From Yuukianura sp. NJ FZ-2021 (lineage: Eukaryota): a stretch of 64,000 nucleotides of DNA. The stretch covers positions 1-64,000 of the forward strand of contig JAJCTO010000013.1 in NCBI GenBank assembly GCA_046563655.1. Direction: 5' to 3'. Of the stretch, positions 35,691-49,000 are shown piece by piece. A program made the translations under genes and the position numbers. The notes beneath the pieces are model-generated. The model was not told the origin of the DNA. It worked only from the letters and a program-made list of their open reading frames with translations, and made no database searches. Each line of letters starts with the position of its first letter. Within the stretch, counting starts at the first letter, position 1.

Positions 35691-37027
35691 ATTGCATATA
35701 AAAAACTAGTGTCTTAGGCGACACAGGGTTTTGTATTTTCAATCGTTGTTGCACATGGCTCTCCCTTCTAGTGTATACACATACAGCCAAACAATTCCAC
35801 TACAGTAAATGCTTGCACACTGTCTCGAATGTGGTGATCACATTCCATCTTGCAGCCCACAGACTAGGGACTAAGAGTTGGTTAGTGTGTTCCTGTAACA
35901 TCGTTGTAACCTATGCACGTCTAAGTGTCCCTGTTCACGCAGCGGATTTACCTTTGACCAAATTGCTTATTTTGTCGCTTTATGGCCAACGGTCCACACA
36001 TACATCTATTTCCACTTGCTATTGTCTACAACTGTCGACATGATATTTAATTGAGCAGAGCTTCGAAGCCAAAAGGCTCCTAAGCACTAGTTATAATTGC
36101 ATATAAAAAACTAGTGTCTTAGGCGACACAGGGTTTTGTATTTTCAATCGTTGTTGCACATGGCTCTCCCTTCTAGTGTATACACATACAGCCAAACAAT
36201 TCCACTACAGTAAATGCTTGCACACTGTCTCGAATGTGCTGATCACATTCCATCTTGCAGCCCACAGACTAGGGACTATAAGTTGGTTAGTGTGTTCCTG
36301 CAACCTCATTGTAACCTATGCACGTCTAAGTGTCCCTGTTCACGCAGCGGATTTACCTTTGACCAAATTGCTTACTTTGTGGCTTTATGGCCAACGGTCC
36401 ACACATACATCTATTTCCGCTTGCTATTGTCTACATCTGTCGACTTATGATATTAAATTGAGCAGAGCTACGAAGCCAAAAGGCTCCTAAGCACTAGTTA
36501 TAATTGCATATAAAAAACTAGTGTCTTAGGCGACACAGGGTTTTGTATTTTCAATCGTTGTTGCACATGGCTCTCCCTTCTAGTGTATACACATACAGCC
36601 AAACAATTCCACTACAGTAAATGCTTGCACACTGTCTCGAATGTGGTGATCACATTCCATCTTGCAGCCCACAGACTAGGGACTAAGAGTTGGTTAGTGT
36701 GTTCCTGTAACCTCATTGTAACCTATGCACGTCTAAGTGTCCCTGTTCACGCAGCGGATTTACCTTTGACCAAATTGCTTATTTTGTGGCTTTATGGCCA
36801 ACGGTCCACACATACATCTATTTCCACTTGCTATTGTCCACAACTGTCGACTTATGATATTTAATTGAGCAGAGCTACGAAGCCAAAAGGCTCCTAAGCA
36901 CTAGTTATAATTGCATATAAAAAACTAGTGTCTTAGGCGACACAGGGTTTTGTATTTTCAATCGTTGTTGCACATGGCTCTCCCTTCTAGTGTATACACA
37001 TACAGCCAAACAATTCCACTACAGTAA
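35691..37027. repeat. Satellite B array 2: 3 full monomers plus one partial
   Basis: 405/407-bp periodicity with the same junctions as array 1. Confidence 0.98.
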
Positions 37028-40000
37028 TTGAGACGATCTAGGGTGTCGTCTATTCGGGGGAGGGGTAGGAGTCTTTTCGGGTAACTTCGTTAAGTTTTCG
37101 GAAATCCACGCAGAACCTCCAGCTATTGTCTGGCTTCTTAACCAGAAGGACGGGGGAACACCAGGGACTGTCACTAGGGGTTATCGCTCCAAGGTCTAGA
37201 AGTCTTTCAACTTCTTTCTGGATTTCACGTCTTTCAGTGAAACCAGTTCTGTGGGGATGGGTACGAATGGGAGGGGCATCTCCAGTGTCTATTTTGTGGG
37301 TAACAAGATGAGTTCGTCCTAGGGTTTTGGGGTCAAAGTTGAAAACATCCATGTTGGAAACAAGGAAATTTTTCATTTTCTCTTGCTGTTCGGGGGTTAG
37401 GGTTTTGGAAATTTGGAACGCATCGATCCGTTTTTGAAGTCTCAGAGCCGTTATTTCGGCATCGTCGTCATCATTGACGACAAAATTACAAATCGAATGC
37501 GCTGGGAGGGAAGATTGGGAAGATTTGTTATGTACAGGGTCGAATTCGTCAAGGTTACAGATCACAGAGGATTCTGCAAAGGGTTCGAAGGTGCCAATGG
37601 AGATATTTTGTAGTAGTTTGACTGGCCGGTCGCTCAAGTTCCAGAGATAGGTGACTCCAGTGCCATCGTGTAAGTGGGAAATTGAATTTCCTATGGCGAC
37701 GTGACGAGCATATTGCAGCTCTTTTCTCGGAGAAATTAGGATATCCCCGGTAAACGGAGTATCTGACCGAACGCTGACGCGTTTCATGGTCCGTGGATTG
37801 ATGATATAGGAACGAGCCAACCGGAGAAAGTCAGGCGAAGTGGCACTTTGGGACAAATTGGAATTGTCAACGAAGGATGCTTCAGAGTCCTGTAGAGTAC
37901 TGGGGTTGGAAGAATCGGAGTTTTCGGACGAACTCTGGGGTTTGGGCTTACACTTTGGAGACTGTTTGGGGGGTTTGGGCTTTACCTTTCTGGGTTTGGG
38001 GACTGGGGGTTCGGGGGGTGAACTGGAGGGATCTGAACCATCTCTATCCGACGGATCGGACAGAGACAGCTTGTGGAGGGCATTAAATTCGGACTTCTTG
38101 ACTAGCACGTACTCATTTCTGAGATCAGTGCATTGGAGTTCACCTCTTACGAGGCGTTCGTTGAGGGGGTCGAGGAGAAGCCGCTCGGAACGGAGAAAAT
38201 CCGAACCGATGACTATGTCGTTAGACAAATGGGGGAAAATATGGAAGGGATATTTGAAGGGGACGCCAGCAATGGAGAATTCAATGTCGACTGATTGGAG
38301 GGAATCGCATGGAATGTAACTTCCAAAAGACAGCTTAACCCTTACGGGTTGAACATTGTTCACATTGGAAACAACGCTGGGGAATTTGGACAGAAAACTG
38401 GGATGGACACAACAGAGCGAAGCTCCGCTATCGCAAAGGACAGGGATAGTGGTTGAGGCAAAGACAACGTCAATGTGGAATGTGGAATACTTTGGGGCAT
38501 TGAGGGCGGCTATTACATTCGCGGCGGAAACACCACAGGGCAGTTCGGAGTCTGGGTCTGGGGACATTGGGGCTTGGGGCGGAAATACTGGGGAAACTGC
38601 GTCTGCGTCTGGACTGGCTGTAGCAACCCAATCATCAACTCGGCTCACATTGTTCGGATGGATCCCAAATCTGGAGGTCAACGAAAATTCGGGGCAGGGA
38701 GGGGGCATAACGACTGGGGGTTCAATGGGGGGAAAACACAAAGGTCAGAAGTACCAATGGCTACGGAAACGACAGGCTTTACGGAAACTTCGGAAGGCAC
38801 ACAACGGGATTTGGGTCTGGAAACGGCGGGAAAATCCTGTGGAGAGGTTTGAGGTGCCTCCCCAACGACTAAGGGTAAAGTACGGTCATTGTGGGGACAA
38901 CATTTGGGACAGGACACTTTTTGGTTTAGGGCTTGTTGGAGTTTGTTGTACAACTCTTGGGGAATGAGTGGACTCTGAGAACTAGGCTTTCTGCCAAAAG
39001 CCGACAAGTTCTTATAAATGGGGAAAGTTGGTTGTTTGTTTTTTCGTCTTTTGGTTCTTAATTGGGCATTATTTGGTGGTAAGGTCATAGTAGGGGTGGG
39101 GACTGGAAGCGGCTGTCGTCCCTGCAACGACAGCGCTATTAGTTTTCCGGGGGTTTGGGAACGATGGCGTCTCCAATTTTCTTGAGTAGATCCGTCATGG
39201 CTGAAAAGCCTTGGATAATCCTGGGACCCCAATGGTCGTCTGGGTTCTGGGGGTTTGGAGCAGTTTGTGGGGCTTGGGAGGGTCCAGGGGATGGTTTGTA
39301 AACCACAGAAGTCTGGGGGGCAACAACCTGAGCATAGGACACAGGCTGCTGTGGGAACTGACCATAACCTTGCGGCTGTGTGGGACGGGGTTTGAGGGGT
39401 GACATCCGTTGGCGAGGGGATCCTTGCCTTGGCTTCTCCACCAATTGTGGCAGTAACGCTGGATATGGCCTGTGCGACTACAAAAGTCGCAAATCGGACG
39501 TCCATCTTCTGCACGTCTACGTTGTGGCTGTGTCTGTCCGGCTGCTTGTGCTGCGGGAAGTAGGGCTTGGGCTTGGTACTGAGAGACTGGCTGCTGTACT
39601 GGGAACTGGGGAGCTGGTAGTGTACCAACTGGGGGGTAATAGGGCTGAGGAGGGGGATTATTTCCAGATTCAAGGGCATGGAGGGAAAGTACTTGGGATG
39701 ATATGTCTTTGGGGCGGGTATGAACTTCTGCGACTCTGCGCAGAAGCTTTTGGAAATCAGCAGAAGTGGGAATCGACTGGAGTACGAAAGACTGTTCCAA
39801 GTCTGGGGGTAAACCACGAACGAGGCGCTTGACCTTGGATTCTTCGCTCATGTAGGGGTTGATTTTGGACATGAGTTCCAGTTTTTCTGCGACGTACTTG
39901 TCGATGTTGTCACCCAGTTTGTACCGTAGGGCTTTGTTCATGTTACGGAGTTCTTCTGCTCGTTCTCGTAGGGAAAAGTGGGCAACAAATCGGGTTTCGA

Positions 40001-40504
40001 AATCATTCCAAATTTCTTCGGCATCAGCGTTGGTAGCTTCCAGTCGTGCTCGAAAGCTTGGCCACACGGAGGCAAACCACGATTGAGCAACTCCGGTTAC
40101 CACACGGTCGAAATGGCAAAGGGCTCCTTTGGGACCAAACCCAGAGTCGGCTAGATCGTACATGTAGCGGGCTAGGAATTCTGCGGGATCTGTCGTGCCA
40201 TCGTATTGTCGGATGTATTTGAATACTTTGATGTCAGGGCGACGATCGTTTGGATTGGGCTGAGCTTGGGTTTGGGGCGGGGGTACTATGTGTGGTACAT
40301 TGGGGGACTTCCTGCTGGTCTTGGGGACGCAAGTGGGGTAGGGGTTACTGGACGGGGAATACTCGTGGGAACAGGGATTGAAGTACCCTGGGTAGCAGGG
40401 GCTGGGACTGGAATGGGAAACGAGCCAGTGTTTGTTTGACTGTTTCGTCTTTGGTGGGGCTGGGGTGCAATCTCTGGGGCATAGCGCGTAGCGAACCACG
40501 GCAT
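37027..40504 (-). pseudogene. Frameshifted gag (39139-40504) and truncated pol of copy 3
   Basis: 1-nt G-run deletions at ~40303, ~39397, ~38718 and ~37062 relative to copy 1. Confidence 0.88.
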
Positions 40505-40518
40505 TTTGAGGGGGGGGG

Positions 40519-40893
40519 CTAATACTCGTCAATGACAAGCAATCCTTGGTAACGGGCAAAGATGACTAGGAGGGTTCTGTACCAGGGACCGAAGAAACTC
40601 CAATGGTAGTGGTTGAGCCGGACAATAAGGGCAATGTAGTAGTAGGCTTCGGTATAGGGTAGAACGTTAAGGAAGATCCGGTATTCGTTTGGGTGTTGTC
40701 GTAGCCGGTAAATGGGGAATAGGTGGAGTACGGAAAAGTCAAAGACTGTGGCTAGGATTCCGTAAAAACAACTTTTAGTTGCTGAGGTTAGGAGGTAGTA
40801 GGAGAAAACAATGAGATGAGCACCCAAATAGATGCCAATTAGGGACAGGACAAGGATTACGGATAGTCTCAACCAGTAGAGAAAGTTCCACAT
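40519..40893 (-). CDS. Leader small ORF 124 aa (copy 3)
   Basis: Identical protein; the stop is TAG here versus TAA in copies 1 and 2. Confidence 0.55.
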   Translation of the reverse strand: MWNFLYWLRLSVILVLSLIGIYLGAHLIVFSYYLLTSATKSCFYGILATVFDFSVLHLFPIYRLRQHPNEYRIFLNVLPYTEAYYYIALIVRLNHYHWSFFGPWYRTLLVIFARYQGLLVIDEY

Positions 40894-40944
40894 GGGTGGG
40901 GGTTCAGGGGCGGGGGGTTTTCAACAGTTACTTGAAGTAACTTG

Positions 40945-41064
40945 CTATTGGGGGAACAGCCGTCTCAGTTGTCGGAGGAGGAATCGTTCCAAAATGGTTC
41001 GTAGGACTTCGTAGACGACAATGAGTACCAGGACCAGAGTTAGCCACACGATCGTTTCAATCAT
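40945..41064 (-). CDS. Leader small ORF 39 aa (copy 3)
   Basis: Identical to 7759-7878. Confidence 0.5.
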   Translation of the reverse strand: MIETIVWLTLVLVLIVVYEVLRTILERFLLRQLRRLFPQ

Positions 41065-42437
41065 TCGGGGGAGCGGGGATACTTTTCTGAAATATAGGGA
41101 TAATTAGAATATGGACAAAAAAATAATTGGTTTCTTAATTAGGGGACTAAATTATTTTTAAATTTAAATACCAAAACCTAGAAACAAAAGAAAAATTATT
41201 AAAGAAACGAAGATGGGCTATGGGGCTATGGTTTGTACCAAATTCCACCAAAACCTTTTAAATCCGATGAAGAATGAGCCAAAAACACGCGAAAACCAAA
41301 AGTGCAGTAGTCACTTTGGCTAACGAGAGCCAAACCAACACACCGCAAAACCAAAGAAAGAATTCAACCAAAAGAGGGGAGGGTTGAACCATAACACACC
41401 GACTTTGGGAAAATTTGGGGTGGGTAGGGGCTTTCGGATTCAAAAATCCGAGAAATCCGAAGAATTCCGACGATTAGGTAGGGTACTGCGACGTGGGGAT
41501 ATGCGAAATCGCAATAGGGGAATTATCCGATGAGTCTGGGGAATGGTCGCACCTGGTTGCGTCCAAGTCGCAAGTGGCTGCGATCGGCGCCGACTGTGGA
41601 GTTGGATGTGGCAGTTGGGGGGATACTCGGTGGGACTAGGGAGATAAATCGCTAAGTGTTTTAGTTTTTGGGAAAATCGGGCAGCGTTTTGGTACGAAGT
41701 GAGGGAATTCCAAATTGGGTTATGTTTCAATAGGGGGGGGGCGAAGGGGCGGAGAAACAAATTGAAAAACTTGCTAAGTTTTGGGAATTGGGAAAAATTT
41801 GGGCAGAGTTCTGTTACGGGGTGAGGGAAAGCCAATTTAGGTACTGTTCAGTGGGGGGGGGATACAAAATTTTTGAAAAATCGGCAAAGTATTTGAAATT
41901 TTAGAAAATTTTGGACAGGGGTTTGTTTAGGGATTTAGAATTTCAATTTAAGGTAAGGTTCAGGGAAGGGAAGGTCACTTGGAGGAGAGTAAATGACTTT
42001 ATGTGGTAGTGGGACTACTTTTGGACTTTGGTGGGGCTGGTGGGGACGAAAAACGCTAAGTTTTTAAATTTTGAAAAAATTTGCGCGGGGAGGGTTAGGG
42101 AAAGCGATTTAGCGCAAAAAATGGGGTCACTTTAAGGGAGTAGGGGGATAAACGCCGGGGGGTGGGGCGCTACAACGCAACAAAACAACAACCTGACCTT
42201 TGATTTGACCTTGGTGGCTCTTCGGTGGCTCAGTAGTCGCTCGGAGGGCGGTTGTTCAGAAGAAAGTCGGTGGCTCAGAAGACAATCGGTGGCTCAGAAG
42301 ACAAATCGGTGGCTCTCGCTTCTTTGGCTCAAAAGTTTGGAGGACGGAGGAGCTGAAAAAATCGAAAAAACAATGAAACAAAAGGACAAAAATTATGCTA
42401 AAAAACAAAATTTAAATTAGGGGGATATTCTGGTGGG

Positions 42438-43090
42438 TGTGAGGGAATTTGAGGTCAAAGGTCAAGGAAAGCCCGTCTGAGGCCCCACTTAAGAGGAGGT
42501 AGACTCCTCAACGGGCCGCCGTGCAGGCACCCGGAATGATGGGTCAATGAACGGGTCACGAGAGTGACCCGGAACAATAAATCAGACGTGGAGTGGGCGG
42601 ATAATGGGGAAAACAAAGTAACCTTACGTTTATTTGCAAATAATCAATGAAAAAACGAAAAAGAACCAAATGGTGGGCTGTCCAGGGCTTGGTGGGTCTT
42701 GTCCAGTGCTTGGTGGGTCTTGTCCAGTGCTTTGTGGGTCTTGTCCAGAGCGGCGTGGCAGCCAAAGATGGCGGACGGAAAAGTTGGAGTGGAGAGACGT
42801 GGATCCGAACTGGACAACTGGCAGCCGAAGACTGAGGAGGAAGTGGGACATGGGATTCTGCCTGTTCACAGGCAGAAAGTTCTCGAATCTTCTCGAAGGT
42901 GCTTTGGGGGATTCGGGAAGGGGGAAAACACACGGCGGAGTGGGAAAAACGCCTTGTCATGTTCCTTTGCAGGAGCATGGCAAGGGCTATTGGGAACTTT
43001 TGTTAGTGAAGGGGAGGAGTCTTGGTTTCATTAGAAACCAAGACTAAAAAGAAATGATTTTCAGACGGGAGAGGGAGTAACCTCCTCACA
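42438..43090 (-). repeat. Putative LTR of copy 3
   Basis: Same ends and length; 21-nt substituted block at 42990-43010. Confidence 0.7.
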
Positions 43091-46000
43091 ACGGCAATGG
43101 AACTTCAGGGGAAACCCCATTATTACATTTTCTAAATCAAAATCGAACATTCAGCATTGTTTGTTATCTTGATTAAATTTTTTAGGAAATACTTTTTTGT
43201 GTCATACTACCAACTTGCACTTCCAATAAAGCACACCTGAATAACTGGTGTTCAACAATAATATGGAATTATATTTTAGCCCAACTCCACTATGCAACAA
43301 GTGCATAAATCTAACTGTCATTTTGGTATAAACTAATGTGCGAACTATACAACGAAGTTTTAAACATACTGAAAAATGGAATCTATGCCTTGTTATCGCT
43401 TATAACCATCTTCATGATACGCATCTAATACCGGTCCACTTTGTCGTAGTGCATCAACGACTATTACACACAGTGAACCACTTGTTATCAGCCTTCATCT
43501 TTGAGCAAAAAGGAGAAGTGCCGGTGAAATGACAAGCTCGCCCTCACTTCAGATACCAACCAGTACTCATTTTGACACTATGAATCGCAATGACTCAGAC
43601 GGCAATGGAACTTCAGGGGAAACCCCATTATTACATTTTCTAAATCAAAATCGAACATTCAGCATTGTTTGTTATCTTGATTAAATTTTTTAGGAAATAC
43701 TTTTTTTGTGTCATACTACCAACTTGCACTTCCAATAAAGCACACCTGAATAACTGGTGTTCAACAATAATATGGAATTATATTTTAGCCCAACTCCACT
43801 ATGCAACAAGTGCATAAATCTAACTGTCATTTTGGTATAAACTAATGTGCGAACTATACAACGAAGTTTTAAACATACTGAAAAATGGAATCTATGCCTT
43901 GTTATCGCTTATAACCATCTTCATGATACGCATCTAATACCGGTCCACTTTGTCGTAGTGCATCAACGACTATTACACACAGTGAACCACTTGTTATCAG
44001 CCTTCATCTTTGAGCAAAAAGGAGAAGTGCCGGTGAAATGACAAGCTCGCCCTCACTTCAGATACCAACCAGTACTCATTTTGACACTATGAATCGCAAT
44101 GACTCAGACGGCAATGGAACTTCAGGGGAAACCCCATTATTACATTTTCTAAATCAAAATCGAACATTCAGCATTGTTTGTTATCTTGATTAAATTTTTT
44201 AGGAAATACTTTTTTTGTGTCATACTACCAACTTGCACTTCCAATAAAGCACACCTGAATAACTGGTGTTCAACAATAATATGGAATTATATTTTAGCCC
44301 AACTCCACTATGCAACAAGTGCATAAATCTAACTGTCATTTTGGTATAAACTAATGTGCGAACTATACAACGAAGTTTTAAACATACTGAAAAATGGAAT
44401 CTATGCCTTGTTATCGCTTATAACCATCTTCATGATACGCATCTAATACCGGTCCACTTTGTCGTAGTGCATCAACGACTATTACACACAGTGAACCACT
44501 TGTTATCAGCCTTCATCTTTGAGCAAAAAGGAGAAGTGCCGGTGAAATGACAAGCTCGCCCTCACTTCAGATACCAACCAGTACTCATTTTGACACTATG
44601 AATCGCAATGACTCAGACGGCAATGGAACTTCAGGGGAAACCCCATTATTACATTTTCTAAATCAAAATCGAACATTCAGCATTGTTTGTTATCTTGATT
44701 AAATTTTTTAGGAAATACTTTTTTTGTGTCATACTACCAACTTGCACTTCCAATAAAGCACACCTGAATAACTGGTGTTCAACAATAATATGGAATTATA
44801 TTTTAGCCCAACTCCACTATGCAACAAGTGCATAAATCTAACTGTCATTTTGGTATAAACTAATGTGCGAACTATACAACGAAGTTTTAAACATACTGAA
44901 AAATGGAATCTATGCCTTGTTATCGCTTATAACCATCTTCATGATACGCATCTAATACCGGTCCACTTTGTCGTAGTGCATCAACGACTATTACACACAG
45001 TGAACCACTTGTTATCAGCCTTCATCTTTGAGCAAAAAGGAGAAGTGCCGGTGAAATGACAAGCTCGCCCTCACTTCAGATACCAACCAGTACTCATTTT
45101 GACACTATGAATCGCAATGACTCAGACGGCAATGGAACTTCAGGGGAAACCCCATTATTACATTTTCTAAATCAAAATCGAACATTCAGCATTGTTTGTT
45201 ATCTTGATTAAATTTTTTAGGAAATACTTTTTTTGTGTCATACTACCAACTTGCACTTCCAATAAAGCACACCTGAATAACTGGTGTTCAACAATAATAT
45301 GGAATTATATTTTAGCCCAACTCCACTATGCAACAAGTGCATAAATCTAACTGTCATTTTGGTATAAACTAATGTGCGAACTATACAACGAAGTTTTAAA
45401 CATACTGAAAAATGGAATCTATGCCTTGTTATCGCTTATAACCATCTTCATGATACGCATCTAATACCGGTCCACTTTGTCGTAGTGCATCAACGACTAT
45501 TACACACAGTGAACCACTTGTTATCAGCCTTCATCTTTGAGCAAAAAGGAGAAGTGCCGGTGAAATGACAAGCTCGCCCTCACTTCAGATACCAACCAGT
45601 ACTCATTTTGACACTATGAATCGCAATGACTCAGACGGCAATGGAACTTCAGGGGAAACCCCATTATTACATTTTCTAAATCAAAATCGAACATTCAGCA
45701 TTGTTTGTTATCTTGATTAAATTTTTTAGGAAATACTTTTTTTGTGTCATACTACCAACTTGCACTTCCAATAAAGCACACCTGAATAACTGGTGTTCAA
45801 CAATAATATGGAATTATATTTTAGCCCAACTCCACTATGCAACAAGTGCATAAATCTAACTGTCATTTTGGTATAAACTAATGTGCGAACTATACAACGA
45901 AGTTTTAAACATACTGAAAAATGGAATCTATGCCTTGTTATCGCTTATAACCATCTTCATGATACGCATCTAATACCGGTCCACTTTGTCGTAGTGCATC

Positions 46001-49000
46001 AACGACTATTACACACAGTGAACCACTTGTTATCAGCCTTCATCTTTGAGCAAAAAGGAGAAGTGCCGGTGAAATGACAAGCTCGCCCTCACTTCAGATA
46101 CCAACCAGTACTCATTTTGACACTATGAATCGCAATGACTCAGACGGCAATGGAACTTCAGGGGAAACCCCATTATTACATTTTCTAAATCAAAATCGAA
46201 CATTCAGCATTGTTTGTTATCTTGATTAAATTTTTTAGGAAATACTTTTTTTGTGTCATACTACCAACTTGCACTTCCAATAAAGCACACCTGAATAACT
46301 GGTGTTCAACAATAATATGGAATTATATTTTAGCCCAACTCCACTATGCAACAAGTGCATAAATCTAACTGTCATTTTGGTATAAACTAATGTGCGAACT
46401 ATACAACGAAGTTTTAAACATACTGAAAAATGGAATCTATGCCTTGTTATCGCTTATAACCATCTTCATGATACGCATCTAATACCGGTCCACTTTGTCG
46501 TAGTGCATCAACGACTATTACACACAGTGAACCACTTGTTATCAGCCTTCATCTTTGAGCAAAAAGGAGAAGTGCCGGTGAAATGACAAGCTCGCCCTCA
46601 CTTCAGATACCAACCAGTACTCATTTTGACACTATGAATCGCAATGACTCAGACGGCAATGGAACTTCAGGGGAAACCCCATTATTACATTTTCTAAATC
46701 AAAATCGAACATTCAGCATTGTTTGTTATCTTGATTAAATTTTTTAGGAAATACTTTTTTTGTGTCATACTACCAACTTGCACTTCCAATAAAGCACACC
46801 TGAATAACTGGTGTTCAACAATAATATGGAATTATATTTTAGCCCAACTCCACTATGCAACAAGTGCATAAATCTAACTGTCATTTTGGTATAAACTAAT
46901 GTGCGAACTATACAACGAAGTTTTAAACATACTGAAAAATGGAATCTATGCCTTGTTATCGCTTATAACCATCTTCATGATACGCATCTAATACCGGTCC
47001 ACTTTGTCGTAGTGCATCAACGACTATTACACACAGTGAACCACTTGTTATCAGCCTTCATCTTTGAGCAAAAAGGAGAAGTGCCGGTGAAATGACAAGC
47101 TCGCCCTCACTTCAGATACCAACCAGTACTCATTTTGACACTATGAATCGCAATGACTCAGACGGCAATGGAACTTCAGGGGAAACCCCATTATTACATT
47201 TTCTAAATCAAAATCGAACATTCAGCATTGTTTGTTATCTTGATTAAATTTTTTAGGAAATACTTTTTTTGTGTCATACTACCAACTTGCACTTCCAATA
47301 AAGCACACCTGAATAACTGGTGTTCAACAATAATATGGAATTATATTTTAGCCCAACTCCACTATGCAACAAGTGCATAAATCTAACTGTCATTTTGGTA
47401 TAAACTAATGTGCGAACTATACAACGAAGTTTTAAACATACTGAAAAATGGAATCTATGCCTTGTTATCGCTTATAACCATCTTCATGATACGCATCTAA
47501 TACCGGTCCACTTTGTCGTAGTGCATCAACGACTATTACACACAGTGAACCACTTGTTATCAGCCTTCATCTTTGAGCAAAAAGGAGAAGTGCCGGTGAA
47601 ATGACAAGCTCGCCCTCACTTCAGATACCAACCAGTACTCATTTTGACACTATGAATCGCAATGACTCAGACGGCAATGGAACTTCAGGGGAAACCCCAT
47701 TATTACATTTTCTAAATCAAAATCGAACATTCAGCATTGTTTGTTATCTTGATTAAATTTTTTAGGAAATACTTTTTTTGTGTCATACTACCAACTTGCA
47801 CTTCCAATAAAGCACACCTGAATAACTGGTGTTCAACAATAATATGGAATTATGTTTTAGCCCAACTCCACTATGCAACAAGTGCATAAATCTAACTGTC
47901 ATTTTGGTATAAACTAATGTGCGAACTATACAACGAAGTTTTAAACATACTGAAAAATGGAATCTATGCCTTGTTATCGCTTATAACCATCTTCATGATA
48001 CGCATCTAATACCGGTCCACTTTGTCGTAGTGCATCAACGACTATTACACACAGTGAACCACTTGTTATCAGCCTTCATCTTTGAGCAAAAAGGAGAAGT
48101 GCCGGTGAAATGACAAGCTCGCCCTCACTTCAGATACCAACCAGTACTCATTTTGACACTATGAATCGCAATGACTCAGACGGCAATGGAACTTCAGGGG
48201 AAACCCCATTATTACATTTTCTAAATCAAAATCGAACATTCAGCATTGTTTGTTATCTTGATTAAATTTTTTAGGAAATACTTTTTTTGTGTCATACTAC
48301 CAACTTGCACTTCCAATAAAGCACACCTGAATAACTGGTGTTCAACAATAATATGGAATTATATTTTAGCCCAACTCCACTATGCAACAAGTGCATAAAT
48401 CTAACTGTCATTTTGGTATAAACTAATGTGCGAACTATACAGCGAAGTTTTAAACATACTGAAAAATGGAATCTATGCCTTGTTATCGCTTATAACCATC
48501 TTCATGATACGCATCTAATACCGGTCCACTTTGTCGTAGTGCATCAACGACTATTACACACAGTGAACCACTTGTTATCAGCCTTCATCTTTGAGCAAAA
48601 AGGAGAAGTGCCGGTGAAATGACAAGCTCGCCCTCACTTCAGATACCAACCAGTACTCATTTTGACACTATGAATCGCAATGACTCAGACGGCAATGGAA
48701 CTTCAGGGGAAACCCCATTATTACATTTTCTAAATCAAAATCGAACATTCAGCATTGTTTGTTATCTTGATTAAATTTTTTAGGAAATACTTTTTTTGTG
48801 TCATACTACCAACTTGCACTTCCAATAAAGCACACCTGAATAACTGGTGTTCAACAATAATATGGAATTATGTTTTAGCCCAACTCCACTATGCAACAAG
48901 TGCATAAATCTAACTGTCATTTTGGTATAAACTAATGTGCGAACTATACAACGAAGTTTTAAACATACTGAAAAATGGAATCTATGCCTTGTTATCGCTT

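Larger units (their letters stand above)
37027..43090 (-). mobile_element. Gypsy element copy 3, truncated at the same RT position as copy 2
   Basis: Identical junction ACTACAGTAA|TTGAGACG. LTR at 42438-43090. Confidence 0.97.

Noticed and set aside
9910..43090. Three independent site-specific insertions into satellite A
   Set aside because: Copies 2 and 3 share the same internal truncation and flanking array variants, so segmental duplication explains them.
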